NCBI RefSeq assembly: GCF_963921235.1
Contig: NC_086097.1
Span: 211,732,001-211,796,000 of the forward strand
Direction of reading: 5' to 3'
Length of the DNA stretch: 64,000 nucleotides
DNA from: Mobula hypostoma
Taxonomy: Eukaryota
Shown: in pieces, positions 49,660 to 61,600 of the stretch
How positions within the stretch are numbered: the first letter of the stretch is position 1
Layout: every line of letters begins with the position of its first letter
Notes under the pieces: generated by a model
What the model was told of the DNA's origin: nothing
What the model saw: the letters and a program-made list of their open reading frames with translations, nothing else
Database searches by the model: none
Translations under genes and position numbers: made by a program

Positions 49660-49909
49660 CTGTGGAGGAATGACAACAGATCCTATGAAAGTAGACCAAT
49701 GTTTTTCCACAAATCTACAAAACCTGAGAAGACTAATGGATGGTCCAGATAGGTTTGAGCACCTAGCCTGAACTTCTGTGGATTAATAATATATACAACC
49801 CACACCCAAAATACAGCTTTCAAATTCTGGCCATTCTGTTGTCTCCTAATCAAGTCAGGCAGTTGATGTGCAGAATTAGTGCTGACAAGAAGATAAGAAA
49901 AATCTACAA

Positions 49910-50430
49910 TGTTCAAAGTTCAAAGTAAATTTATTATCAAAGTACATATATGTCACCATATACAACCCTGAGATTCAGTTTCTTCCAGGCATACTCAATA
50001 AATCCATAAAAGAATGAGAACCATAATAGGATCAATGAAAAACCATGCCAACTTGGACATTCAACCAGTGTGCAAAAGACAAGCTGTGCAAATACAAAAA
50101 GAAGGAAATAATAATAATAAGTAAATACACAATAATTATAGAGAATATGAGATGAAGAGTCCTTGAAAGTAAGTCCATAGGTTGTGGGAACATTTCAATG
50201 ATGGTGTGAGTGAAGTTATCCCCTTTGATTTAAGAGCCTGATTGCTGAGGGGTAGTGTTCCTGAATGTAACCGTTCCGGAACCTGGTGATGTAAGTCCTG
50301 AGGCTCCCGTACCTTCCTCCTGTCGGCAGCAGCAAGAAGCCAGCACGTCTTGGGTGGTGGGGTTCCCTGATGATGGATGCTGCTTTCCTGCCAACAACGC
50401 TTCATGTAGATATGCTCAGTGGTGGGGTGG
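49910..50430 (-). mobile_element. Rex1-type LINE 3' end
   Basis: Antisense (ttcaaag)2 taaatttattatc tail; antisense gatggatgctgctttcctg (KAASII). Confidence 0.8.
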
Positions 50431-51439
50431 GCCGGGATGACCGTTCAGACTAAATGGATTTACAGGATCTGATAACGGTCTGATCAGAGTACGGGATCTG
50501 ATAACGGTCCATTGAAGTCAACTTTTATGGATGACCTAAAGCCAGATGTTGCCATCATGGTCTGGATAACAAAATTAAACTGGAATGAACTGAACACATG
50601 ATACAACCAGTTAATAAATATTGTGAATCTAGAGAAGGAGATGTGTGTTTGTGGGGGGAGGGGAGGGGAGGAGGGCAGAGCACATATAAATGAGACAAAT
50701 TCATCTGAAGACCTCCTGCAGTGTCAGGAACTCTGGTGCAGTGGAATCCTCCTGTGCACTGATTCATTCACACTCTGGAGCAGCTCTTCTCTGTCCGACT
50801 GTCAACACTGACTCCCAATGGTTGTTAAAATAGAGATGGTTTGGCTGAAGCCTCAACAGTTGGTGGGCTCCCTCTGCCCTCCAGTGGTTGTGTGCTATTA
50901 CTGAAAGGTATCAAATGGCTTCATCCACTTGGCTTCAGTCCACATTGGCGTCCGAGCTACAAGAGACAGAATGAAATCATCAGCAGTGCTAAAAAAAAAT
51001 GCACATGGTGTAAATAACACTCCTGAAAATACTGGACAGCCTGTATCTGAGGAGAGGGAAGTGAACTGATATCTCCAGTCAGAACTGAGGAAGTTAAAGA
51101 TTTAATAGTTGAAAAACAGTGACAGAAAACATCCCCTCTGACAGTGACCTCCACTCTTCAAGGTGACCAGGGGCCCATGTGAGTAAATTCATGCAGGCGC
51201 TGTTGCCTATCTTCATTCAGAGCATTTGTTTGGCAGAAATTAACAATTTCCTTGACCAGAGACACTGAGTGCATTCTCTGTAACTGGGTCGAGGTTTATC
51301 TATAAATCCTCCACTAAGCAGTAACAGTTATCCAGACCAGCCTTTTCTGATGCTCCTCTACCATCATTCAGCTCAGTGGGGCCACAATCTTTGGCTCGTC
51401 AGAAAAGCGATACAACACGTTCCCTGAGTCGAAGAGCGA

Positions 51440-52110
51440 TACCGCACAGGAACAGGTCCTTCAGCTCTCTGAGTCTGTGCCAACCACAGCCACTCATTCA
51501 GAATCTGGTTTATTATCTCTGACACGTCGTAAAATATGTTGTTTCATAGCAGCAGTGCAGTGCAATACATTAAAAAACCACAAAATTACAGTAGGAAATA
51601 CCTATTAAAATTTAATTAAATAATAGTGCACAGATGAGAGCAAAAATAGTGAGGTGTATTCATAGGTTGGTTCACTCTCGGTTCTAAATCTGATGGTGGA
51701 GGGGAAGAAGATTTTGCTAAAGCATTGAATGTGTGTCTTCAGGCTCCTGTATCTCCTCTTTGATTGTAGCAATGAGAAGAGGAACGTTAATGATGGATGC
51801 CACCTTCTTGGCATATTGCTTGTTGAAGATGTCCTTGATCTTGGGGAGGCTATTGACGTGATGGAGCAGGCTGAGTTTATGTTCAGACTAACCATACATT
51901 AATCCCATTATTTTATATCTTCTCAAATTCTCATAACTTGTACTCCCCCATTCTTTCCCTAGAACTCCTCATGTACACGTTGAGGATGATTTACCGTAGC
52001 CAATTAACCTGTCAACAATCATGTTTTTGGGACACGGGAGGAGACCAGAGTGCTCAAGGGAGTCCCATGCAATGACGGGGAGAATGTGCAAACTCCACAC
52101 AGCCAGCACT
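51440..52110 (-). mobile_element. V-domain (HE1-like) SINE remnant split by an antisense Rex1-type tail at ~51500-51880
   Basis: gggaggagaccagagtgctc...ggggagaatgtgcaaactccacacag V-SINE core; RRYRSLKTHIQCF in the nested piece. Confidence 0.6.
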
Positions 52111-52139
52111 TTGTTTTGAGGGCCAAACCGATAAGCTGT

Positions 52140-52990
52140 CAGCAGACATCATTAATGTGTTGAGCTCAGGATTAATGCTTGGAGACATTAATGCCCAGGA
52201 ACTTGAGACTGCTCAGTCTTTCCAATACTGACCCTCAATGAGGGCAGGTATGTGTTCTTCCAACTTCCACTTCCTGAAGTTCACAATCAATTGCTTGGTC
52301 CTACTGATATTGAGGTAGTTCAAAGAACTGGCTCTTCTTTGTTTTGTGACTGTCTGTGGGAAAGATGTATTTCAGGTTTGTATAGTACGTATATACTTGG
52401 ATAATGAATGAACTTTGAATCTTTGAGTGTGAGGTTGTTGTTGCAATACCATATAAAAGGCATCCGTTAGTCTTGCGAGACCATGGATCTGCACCTGGAA
52501 AGTCTTCACTCTCCAGGGTGCGGGCCTGGGCAAGGTTATATGGAAGACCAGCAGTTGCCCATGCTGCTAGTCTCCCTTCTCCATGACACCAATGTTGTCC
52601 AAGGGAAGGGCATTAGGACCCACACAGCTTGGCACCAGTGTCGTCGCAGAGCAATGTGTGATTAAGTGCCTTGCTCAAGGATGCAATGCGTTGCCTTGGC
52701 TGGGGCTCAAACTCACGACCTTCAGGTCGCTAGTCCAATGCCTTAACCACTTGGCCACGTGCCCACACCAACACCATATAACCTGCTGATTTACCTTACT
52801 CCTGTTTGCTTGTCACCATCTGAGATTCTGCCAACAAGAGCTGGGTGATCAGCAAATTTATAGATGGCATTGGAGCAGTGCCTAGTCATGCAGTGTAGAG
52901 TGAGTAGAGCTCCTTAGGTGTGCTTGTGCCTGTTGTCAGTGAGGAGGAGATGTTACTGATCTGCACTGACTGTGGTCTCCCAGTGATGAA
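52140..52990 (-). mobile_element. Rex1-type RT fragment, host of a SINE
   Basis: Antisense IYKFADH and NISRTKQLIVNFRK motifs. Confidence 0.65.
52457..52768 (-). mobile_element. Full-length tRNA-derived SINE with RTE-like 3' end
   Basis: A box TGGCCAAGTGG, B box GAGTTTGAGCC, ccttgagcaaggcacttaa; ends ccatggtctcgcaagactaacggatgcc; 13-bp TSD caa(t/c)accatataa at 52444-52456 and 52769-52781. Confidence 0.85.
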
Positions 52991-53119
52991 GACACAGGAG
53001 GCCTTTCAGCCCTTATGATCTGCTCTGCCTATTGATTATGCTGACATCACTCAACCAGTTGATCTATCTTACTTCTCTGCAAGAAGAATGAAATTCTGGG
53101 GGACAACTAAATGGGTAAG

Positions 53120-53500
53120 AGGCAAGCAACATGTTGACCTTAATTGTAAAAGGGTTGGAGTTTGAAACAAACGGGAAGATTACTATTGTACAGTGGGTTG
53201 CTGACGCTGCACCTGGAGTACTGCACTGTCCAATCCTCTATAGGGATATATTAACATTGGAGTCAATCCAAACAAGATTCACCAGGCTAATTCACAGGAT
53301 GAGAGGGCTATCCTATCATAAGAGGTCAAACCCTTTGGGTCTTTATTCCATGGTGTTTAGAAGAACAAGGGTAGTTAATGTTGAAACATGTCCGATCATA
53401 TGGAGGCATGATAGGGTAGATACGAAGATGTTTTCAGCAATGAGTCAGTCACAAGCAAGGCTATATAGTTACAGGGGAGGAAGGGTTAAAGAGTAGTTAT
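53120..53500 (+). mobile_element. Old CR1 fragment
   Basis: DILTLESIQTRFTRLI...GLYS. Confidence 0.7.
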
Positions 53501-53714
53501 AAAGGGAGTAGGAAGTTCTTGCAGTGTGGGGTGAAAGTGGTGATTATAGGTAGTTATCAATTTAATTGTTCTACTTTATAACACAGACTTGAAGTACCCA
53601 GTATTCTTTTAGTAGAATCTTTGGTTATATCATCTCATTGGTTTCCACATGGACCACAGGAACTGAATATCCACAGCTGCTCACACCCTCAACATGCATT
53701 ATGTTCAGAGATGC

Positions 53715-54125
53715 ATTATGATTAGAGATTAAGGGAGCTAGGGCTTTACTCTCTGGAGAGAAGGAGGATGAGAGGAGACATGATAGAGGTTTACAAGATA
53801 TTAAGAGGAATAGATAGAGTGGATAGCCAGCACCTCTTCCCCAGGGCACTACTGCTTAATACAAGAGGACATGGCTTTAATGTAAGGGGTGGGAAGTTCA
53901 AGGGGGATATTAGAGGAAGGTTTTTTACTCAGAGAGTGGTTGGTGCATGGAATGCACTGCCTGAGTCAGTGGTGGAGGCAGATACACTAGTGAGATTTAA
54001 GAGACTACTAGACAGGTATATGGAGGAATTTAAAGTAGGGTGTTATATGGGAGGCAGAGTTTAAGGGTCAGCACAACATTGTGGGCCGAAGGTCCTGTAC
54101 TGTGCTGTACAGTTCTAAGTTTCTG
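53715..54125 (+). mobile_element. CR1 3' end
   Basis: MRGDMIEVYKILRG...NTRGHGF...FFTQRVVGAWNALP; CR1 3' UTR. Confidence 0.9.
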
Positions 54126-54134
54126 TGTTTTATA

Positions 54135-54635
54135 AAAATCCCTTCTCAGAGCGGGTTAAAACAGCCCAACACATAACTGGCACCAGTTTATCCACCATCA
54201 AGGACAAGGTGCTGGAAAAAAGGCCAGCAATACCACAAAGGATTAACCCTTCCTGCTCATGACTGTTTGTCCCACTCCTATCAGGGATGAGGCTATGTAG
54301 CATCCACACCAGACCACCAGACTCAAAAGCAGTTACTTCCCCCAAGCCGTCAGTCTGATCAACACCTCCACCCATTAACCCAACCCACCACCACTACATA
54401 CCCATCAGCTAGCTTCACTTTGCGTACAGGTAAATGTAATCTATGTATATAACAGTTACTTGTACATTGTGCTTTATAGGATTGCTTTTATATATATTTA
54501 GTGTCTTTTTTTGTTTGTTATTGTGTTTTTTTACATTTGTTTTTTTAGTGCTGCATCAGATCCAGAGTAACAATCACTTTGTTCTCCTTCACATTAATGT
54601 ACTGAAAAATAACAATACACAATCGTGAATCTTAT
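54135..54635 (+). mobile_element. Rex1-type 3' end
   Basis: LFVPLLSGMRLCSIHTRPPDSK-like C-terminus; tail ending aatcgtgaatc. Confidence 0.7.
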
Positions 54636-55263
54636 TGAATTCTATCATCATAAATGGGCTGAATAGATTAAATCTGATTCTACCTCTTATGGTTATTCCA
54701 CCTGACCTTTATCTGTTGCAAGCCTGACAGAAATATACTGCCCTCCCCACCTTACCACTTTGTACAATTACTTTAATGGCATAGGTCTCCTCCCCAGTTA
54801 ACAATCTTTACTCCTGCTCCCTGTCACCACAGAACCAGTTGTTCTACAACTGTGCAAAGTCCAACCGAAATCCAGTTCCACCACTATCTGCAGCCTGCTC
54901 TTCATCCCAACCACCATCAGGTCTCCATGGAGGCCACCCCAACCCACACTGCACTTTGCCTCATGACCTTCAGTGACACACATAACTGTTCTTCTCGGCT
55001 TGAGCCTCATGAAAAAGGCTTTCCATTCAAAATACCTGCAACCGGTCAGAAGTTACCAATGTTCGCTGCATCATAATTAAAATTGGCAGGCTATGAGGGA
55101 GTTTTCTGTACACAAGGCCGACACTTGCCCCCAGACTAAAATGCTGACTGGTTTATCTTCAATAACTAGCCACTGCATCAGAAGTCAGTCACTTTATGTA
55201 TAGCCTAGTGACACTTTATGAACATACCATCAATCTATATATATATATAAGCTCTCTGATGTA

Positions 55264-55923
55264 TGATACACCCTGGTTTCCTTGGCTGTGTAAGTCCAGG
55301 GAAGGCAACCACCAGCCCCGCCAAACTCGTGACATTGAGGCGCACTCGATAACACCCTAAACCCCAGTTTGGGTGGATGCTGTGTCACTTGCTACCCTGT
55401 TACAAATTAGTGCAACAAAATAACAGACAGCACACTGCCTATGATTAAAGGAATTATATTTATGAATCTTAACTAAAGGGTTGGTAAAGAATAACAAAAA
55501 GAAAAGGGCCCATTCCAATGAAACAGTCAAATGTGCACAAGTTGGAGCTCATCTTGAACTTCTCTGTCACTCACGTGCCAGGCCCTCGGTCAACATGAAA
55601 GCACACGCATCACCTTCCGAACGTCACTCGCAATCCATCTCGAACAAACGGGTCTCACACCAGATTGTATGCTGTGACCGGTTCTCCCCAGCATCCCTCT
55701 CTTCATTTCCTCTCGAAAAAAAGCTCCAAGCCCAACCTTAGCGTCCCTCACCAGAGAAACCTTCCCTTAATCCAGTGATCCTAACTGGATGGCAGACATT
55801 TCTCCTCATCTCTTATCTTCAACAATAACCCAAACACAAGCTGAAGACAAGCAGCTCTCACAGAACAGCACAAAATGAAATACGTACAGCATAACAGTAA
55901 AATACATGAACCGGGGCATTACA
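55264..55923. mobile_element. Solo LTR (Gypsy-like) inserted in a Rex1-type 3' UTR (~55150-56075)
   Basis: TG...CA termini (tgatacaccctgg ... ccggggcattaca), 660 bp, 4-bp TSD tgta at 55260-55263 and 55924-55927; flanks join to match the Rex UTR at ~54400-54630. Confidence 0.8.
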
Positions 55924-57129
55924 TGTATTTATAGTTATTGTGTGTGTTTTTATTATTGTTGTGTTTTTTATCTTTTGTGTATTTTTTTGTACTGCATAAG
56001 ATCAGAGCAACAATTATTTCGTACCCCTTACACATGTGTGCAGGAAATTACATTAACCGGTCCTGAATCTTGAATGAGAATAAAATCAGTCATGCAACAC
56101 ATGGGAAGGATCAGGAATAAGGTCATCAAATGGGAAGGAGGCCTATGTCATTAAAATATCACCAGAATTGTATAAAGTAGACTGGCAGCATCCACGTGTC
56201 TACATCTGCATTGTGGGAAGCACTGAAAGGGGAAATAGTTTGAGGTCAGAATGAAAGCCAAATACAGAGATGTGGAAGGATAACAAAGGCTGCTTAAAGA
56301 AAAAAAGGGAAGAAAATGGCAGAGAGGATCAAGATGTAGGAGGCCTACAAATACATAAAAATGGTGAGGAGATGTTTTAAAAGGAAATTGGGAAGACAAA
56401 GAGGAGTCACAAAACATCACTCTCAGACAGAACGAGGGTAAATCTGAAGGAGTCCCAGTATTTCAATTTAAGACTGTTGGGCTAGCACATGGAAAGGGAA
56501 GGTTTAGAAAGTTAAGGGCCAAATGCTGGCAAATAGGATGGACTTGGGTGGGCATTATGCTCTTCATAGACCAGTTGGGCCAAAAGGTTTGTTTCCATGC
56601 TTTATGACTCTATGATACTAAGTATATTGAGGGCAAAAGAAGATCAAAGGAAAGAGTAGAACACATTAGGATCAACCGGGGCATCTGTGCAAGGAGCCAG
56701 AAGGTAAGTGATTAATCCAAATTTCAAAAGTTCAAAGTAAATTTATTATCAAAGCATGTACTACCTTGAGATTCAATTTCCTGCAGGCATTCACAGCAGA
56801 ACGAAGAAATACAATCAAAAATTACTCACAAAGATTGACAACCAATCAATGTGCAAAAGAAGACAAACTGTGCAAAATAATTGTAATAATAAATAAGTAA
56901 AAGGAAGTGGACTTTGTAAATGGAGGACATGGTGAGGAGGAAGGTGAAATTCCTGGACAAATCTCTAGCAGTAAAGAGGAGGTGCTCAATGTCTAAGCGA
57001 GATTAATGACTGACAGATCCCTAGAGCTGGTTGAGATTTATACCAGGCTTATTCAAGGGAAGAGATTGTTAAATCTTTGCTGGCCCAAAGCGAAGGCAGC
57101 AAATGTGCCCCATTCCACCTTTTCAAAGA

Positions 57130-57438
57130 CAGTCATAGGGTCATAGAGCTTTACAGCAGAGAAACAGGCCCTTCAGATCAACCAGTCCATGTCGTCTATG
57201 TTGTCAGCATGTTGTCCTGCAAACTAGTCCCATCTGCCTGCATTTGGCCTATAGCTCTCGAACCCTCTCTTATTCATGGGCATATGTAGATGGCTTTGAA
57301 ATATTACTAATATGCCCTCCTCATTCCCAATATACACTACCCTCAGAATGAAGAACTTGCCTCTGATGTCCCTTTTAAATCTCGCACCTCTGATGTTAAA
57401 CCTATCTCCTCTAGTTTTTAGCATTCCCTTCTGGGCAT
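57130..57438 (-). mobile_element. CR1 3' end
   Basis: KTRGDRFNIRGARFKRDIRGKFF. Confidence 0.8.
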
Positions 57439-57439
57439 A

Positions 57440-57857
57440 GTCCTGAGTTATAGGGAAAGGTTGAATAGGCTAGGTCTGTATTCCCTAGAATATAGATGGT
57501 TGAGAGGAGATTTGAAAGAGGTATACAAAATTATGAGGGATAGAGATAGAGAAACTGCAAGCAGGCTTTTTCCACTGAGGTTGAGAGAGACTATAACTAG
57601 TGATCATGGGTTAAAGGTGAAAGGTGAAATATTTAAGAGGAACATGAGGGGGAACTTCTTCACTGAGAGGGAGGTGAGATTGAGCTGCCAGCTCAAGTGA
57701 AGGATGTGGGATCAATTTCAATATTTAAAAGAAATTTGTACAGTATAGGTACATGGATGGGAGGGGTCTGGAGGGTCGTGCTCTGGGTGCAGGTTGATTG
57801 GACTAGGCAGATTAATGGCTGAAGGTCCTGTTTCTGTGCTGTAGTGTTCAATGACTT
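57440..57857 (+). mobile_element. CR1 3' end
   Basis: RLGLYSLEYRWLRGDLKEVYKIM...RGNFFTER. Confidence 0.85.
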
Positions 57858-57979
57858 TTTGAATCTATCCACAATCAGTGAATTCAGTGGTGAGTCCTGA
57901 GGACTTCAACATGGCTGCATGGAAGATAAGATGCCGTTACTTGAGTTTATGTTGGACATTATTAGAAGTGTGCAACAGG

Positions 57980-58380
57980 CTAAAGATAGTTAGGTCAATG
58001 TGGATTAGGATGGAGAATTAAAATGACAGGTGATTGGAAGCTCAGGCTCATCAACGTGAACTGAACAGAGGCGTGCCTATTACATTTGCTTTCTCCAGTG
58101 TAAAGCAGACCACATCATCAGCACTGAATGCAGAGCACTAAAATGGAACAAGTGCAAGTGAACCAATGCTTCACCTGGAAGAAGTGTTTGGTTTCTCCAT
58201 TTGGATGGTGAGAAAGAAGAGGTCAAAAGGGAGGTTTTGCACTCCTGTGGTTGCATGGAAATGATACAAGTGAAAACAGAGACTGAAGAGTTAATCAAAG
58301 TGTCTTGAAAGGAACAGTCTCTTAGAAATATTGAAAGGAATGATGGTTGGCAGGGTGTTGATGACGCGTCCAGTGGTGAC
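57980..58380 (-). mobile_element. Old Penelope-like element GIY-YIG remnant
   Basis: Minus strand ttccaggtgaagc...ttcacttgcact...gctttacactggagaaagc parallels 48943-49035. Confidence 0.65.
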
Positions 58381-58679
58381 ATATTTAACACATTTGATCA
58401 GCAGTGTCCGGATGGATAACCGTGCCTTTACCTCAGTGAACATACTGTCTTCACTGAGGTATGTTATTGAAAGGCACGTCCATAAAAGAGCCATGCTCAA
58501 ATCAAGAAACATTGTTTCTTGGCATACATTGCTTAGTCTCACACACTTTGGCACAATCATCAAATCAGAGCCCTGCTCATCAGCAGCAGCAACCTACCAT
58601 GCGACTGAAACCAGCTTTTGTGGAGACCGCACTTTGGTTTGGTTTAACTAACTGGCAGTTTAAATGAGAATTGTTGACG

Positions 58680-61600
58680 GGTGGGAACTGAACTGAAGAG
58701 TCTGGGGAAGAGGAGGTTGGCTCACAAATGGAGAAAGCTTGTAGAATGTGCGAGAGGGAGGATAGGCAGGTGACGGAGAAGGGACGCACTTAGGCATCTA
58801 TTTTAATGCAAGGAGTGTTGTGAACAAAGCGGATGACCTTAGAGTGCGGATCAATACTTGGAGATATGATGTGGTGGCCATTACAGAGACTTGGATGGCT
58901 CAGGGATAGGAATGTTTACTTCAAGTGCCGGGTTTTAGATGTTTCAGAAAGGACAGGGAGGGAGGCAAAAGAGGCGTGGCACTGTTGATCTGAGATAGTG
59001 TCATGGCTGCAGAAAAGTTGGACGCCATGGAGGGATTATCTACGGTGTCTCTGTGGGTGGAGGTTAGGAACAGGAAGGGGTCAATAACTTTACTGGGTGT
59101 TTCTTATAGGCCGTCCAATAGTAACAGGGATGTCGAGGAGCAGATAGGGAAACAGATCCTGGAACGGTATAATAGTAATAGAGTTGTGATGGGAGATTTT
59201 AATTTCCCAAATATCGATTGGCATCTCCCTAAAGCAAGGGGTTTAGATGGGGTGGAGTTTGTTAGGTGTGTTCAGGAAGGTTTCTTGACACAATATGTAG
59301 ATAAGCCTACAAGAGGAGAGATTGTACTTGATTTGGTATTCGGAAATGGACCTGATCAGGTGTCAGATCCCTCAGTGGGAGAGCACTTTGGAGATAGTGA
59401 TCATAATTCTATCTCCTTTACAATAGCATTGGAGAGAGATAGGAACAGAAAAGTTAGAAAAGCGTTTAATTGGAGTATGGGGATTATGAGGCTATCAGGC
59501 AGGAAATTGGAAGCTTAAATTGGAAACAGATGTTCTCAGGGAAAAGTACAGAAGAAATGTGGCAAATGTTCAGACGATATTTGTGTGGAGTTCTGCATAG
59601 GTACGTTCCAATGAGACAGGGAAGTTATGGTAGGGTACAGGAACCGTGATATACAAAAGCTGTAATAAATCTAGTCAAAAAGAAATGAAAAGCTTACAAA
59701 AGGTTCAGAGAGCTAGGTAATGTTAGAGATCTCGAATATTATAAGGCTAATAAGAAGGAGCTTAAGAAGGAAATTAGGAGAGCCAGAAGGGGCCTTGAGA
59801 AGGCCTTGGCAGGCAGCATTAAGGAAAACCCCAAGGCATTCTACAAGTATGTGAAGAGCATGAGGATAAAACATGAAAGAATAGGACCTATCAAGTGTGA
59901 CAGTGGGAAAGAATGTATGGAACTGGAGGAAATAGCAGAGGTAAATAATGAATATTTTACTTCAGTATTCACTATGGAAAAGGATCTTGGTGATTGTAGT
60001 GATGACTTGCAGCAGACTGAAAAGCTTGAGCATGTAGATATTAAGAAAAAGGATGTGATGGAGCTTTTGTAAAGTATCAAATTGGATAAGTCGCCAGGAC
60101 TGGATGAGATGTACCCCAGGCTACTATGGGAGGCGAGGGAGGGGATTGCTGAGCCTCTGGCAATGATCTTTGCATCATCAATGGGGACTGGAGAGGTTCC
60201 GGAGGATTGGAGCGTTGCAGATGTTGTTCCTTTATTCAAGAAAGGGAGTAGAGATAGCCGAGAAAATTATAGACCAGCGAGTCTTACCTCAGTGGTTGGT
60301 AAGTTGATGAAGAAGATGCTGAGAGGCAGTATTTATGAACATTTGGAGAGGTATAATATGATTAGACAATAGACAATAGGTGCAGGAGTAGGCCATTTGG
60401 CCCTTTGAGCCAGCACCACCATTCACTGTGATCATGGCTGATCATTCATTATCAGTATCCAGTTCCCGCCTTATCCCCATAACCTTTGATTCTGCTATCT
60501 TTAAGAACTCTATCCATCTCTTTCTTGAAAGCATCCAGAGACTTGGCCTCCACAGCCTCCTGGGGCAGAGCATTCCATATATCCACCACTCTCTGGGTGA
60601 AAAAGTTTTTCCTCAACTCCGTTCTAAATGGCCTACCCCTTATTCTTAAACTGTGGCCTCTGCTTTTGGACTCATCCATCAGCGGGAACATGCTTCCTGC
60701 CTCCAGCATGTCCAATCCCTTAATAATCTTATATGTTTCAATAAGATCCCCTCTCAGCCTTCTAAATTCCAGAGTATACAAGCCCAGTCGCTCCAATCTT
60801 TCGACATATGACAGCCCTGCCATCCCAGGAATTAACCTTGTGAACCTACGCTGCACTCCCTCAATAGCAAGAATGTCCTTCCTCAAATTTGGAGACCAAA
60901 ACTGCACACAGTACTCCAGGTGTGGTCTCACCAGGGCCCTGTACAGCTGCAGAAGGACCTCTTTGCTCTTATACTCAATTCCCTTTGTTATGAAGGCCAA
61001 CATGCCATTAGCTTTCTTCACTTCCTGCTGTACTTGCATGCTTGCTTTCAGTGACTGATGTACAAGAACACCTAGATCTCATTGTGCTTCCCCTTTTCCT
61101 AACTTGACTCCATTTAGATAATAATCTGCCTTCCTGTTCTTACCACCAAAGTGGATAACCTCACATTTATCCACATTAAACTGCATCTGTCATGCATCTG
61201 CCCACTCACCCAGCCTGTCCAAGTAACCCTGCATTCTCATAACATCCTTATCACATTTCACACTGCCACCCAGCTTTGTGTCTTCGGCAAATTTGCTAAT
61301 GTTACTTTTAATTCCCTCATCTAGATCATTAATATATATTTTAAACAGCTGCGGACCCAGCACTGAACCCTGCGGTACCCCACTGGTCACCGCCTGCCAT
61401 TCCGAAAGGGACCTTACGTTAATCGCTACTCTTTGTTTTCTGTCAGCCAGCCAATTTTCAATCCATGTCAATACTCTGCCCCCAAAACCATGTGCCCTAA
61501 TTTTGCCCACTAATCTCCTATGTGGGACTTTATCAAAGGCTTCCTGAAAGTCCAGGTACACTACGTCCACTGGCTCTCCCTTGTCTATTTTCATAGTTAC

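Noticed and set aside
52457..52660. Possible HDV-like ribozyme inside the RTE-tailed SINE
   Set aside because: I could not assemble the nested double pseudoknot (P1, P1.1, P2, P3) from the sequence.
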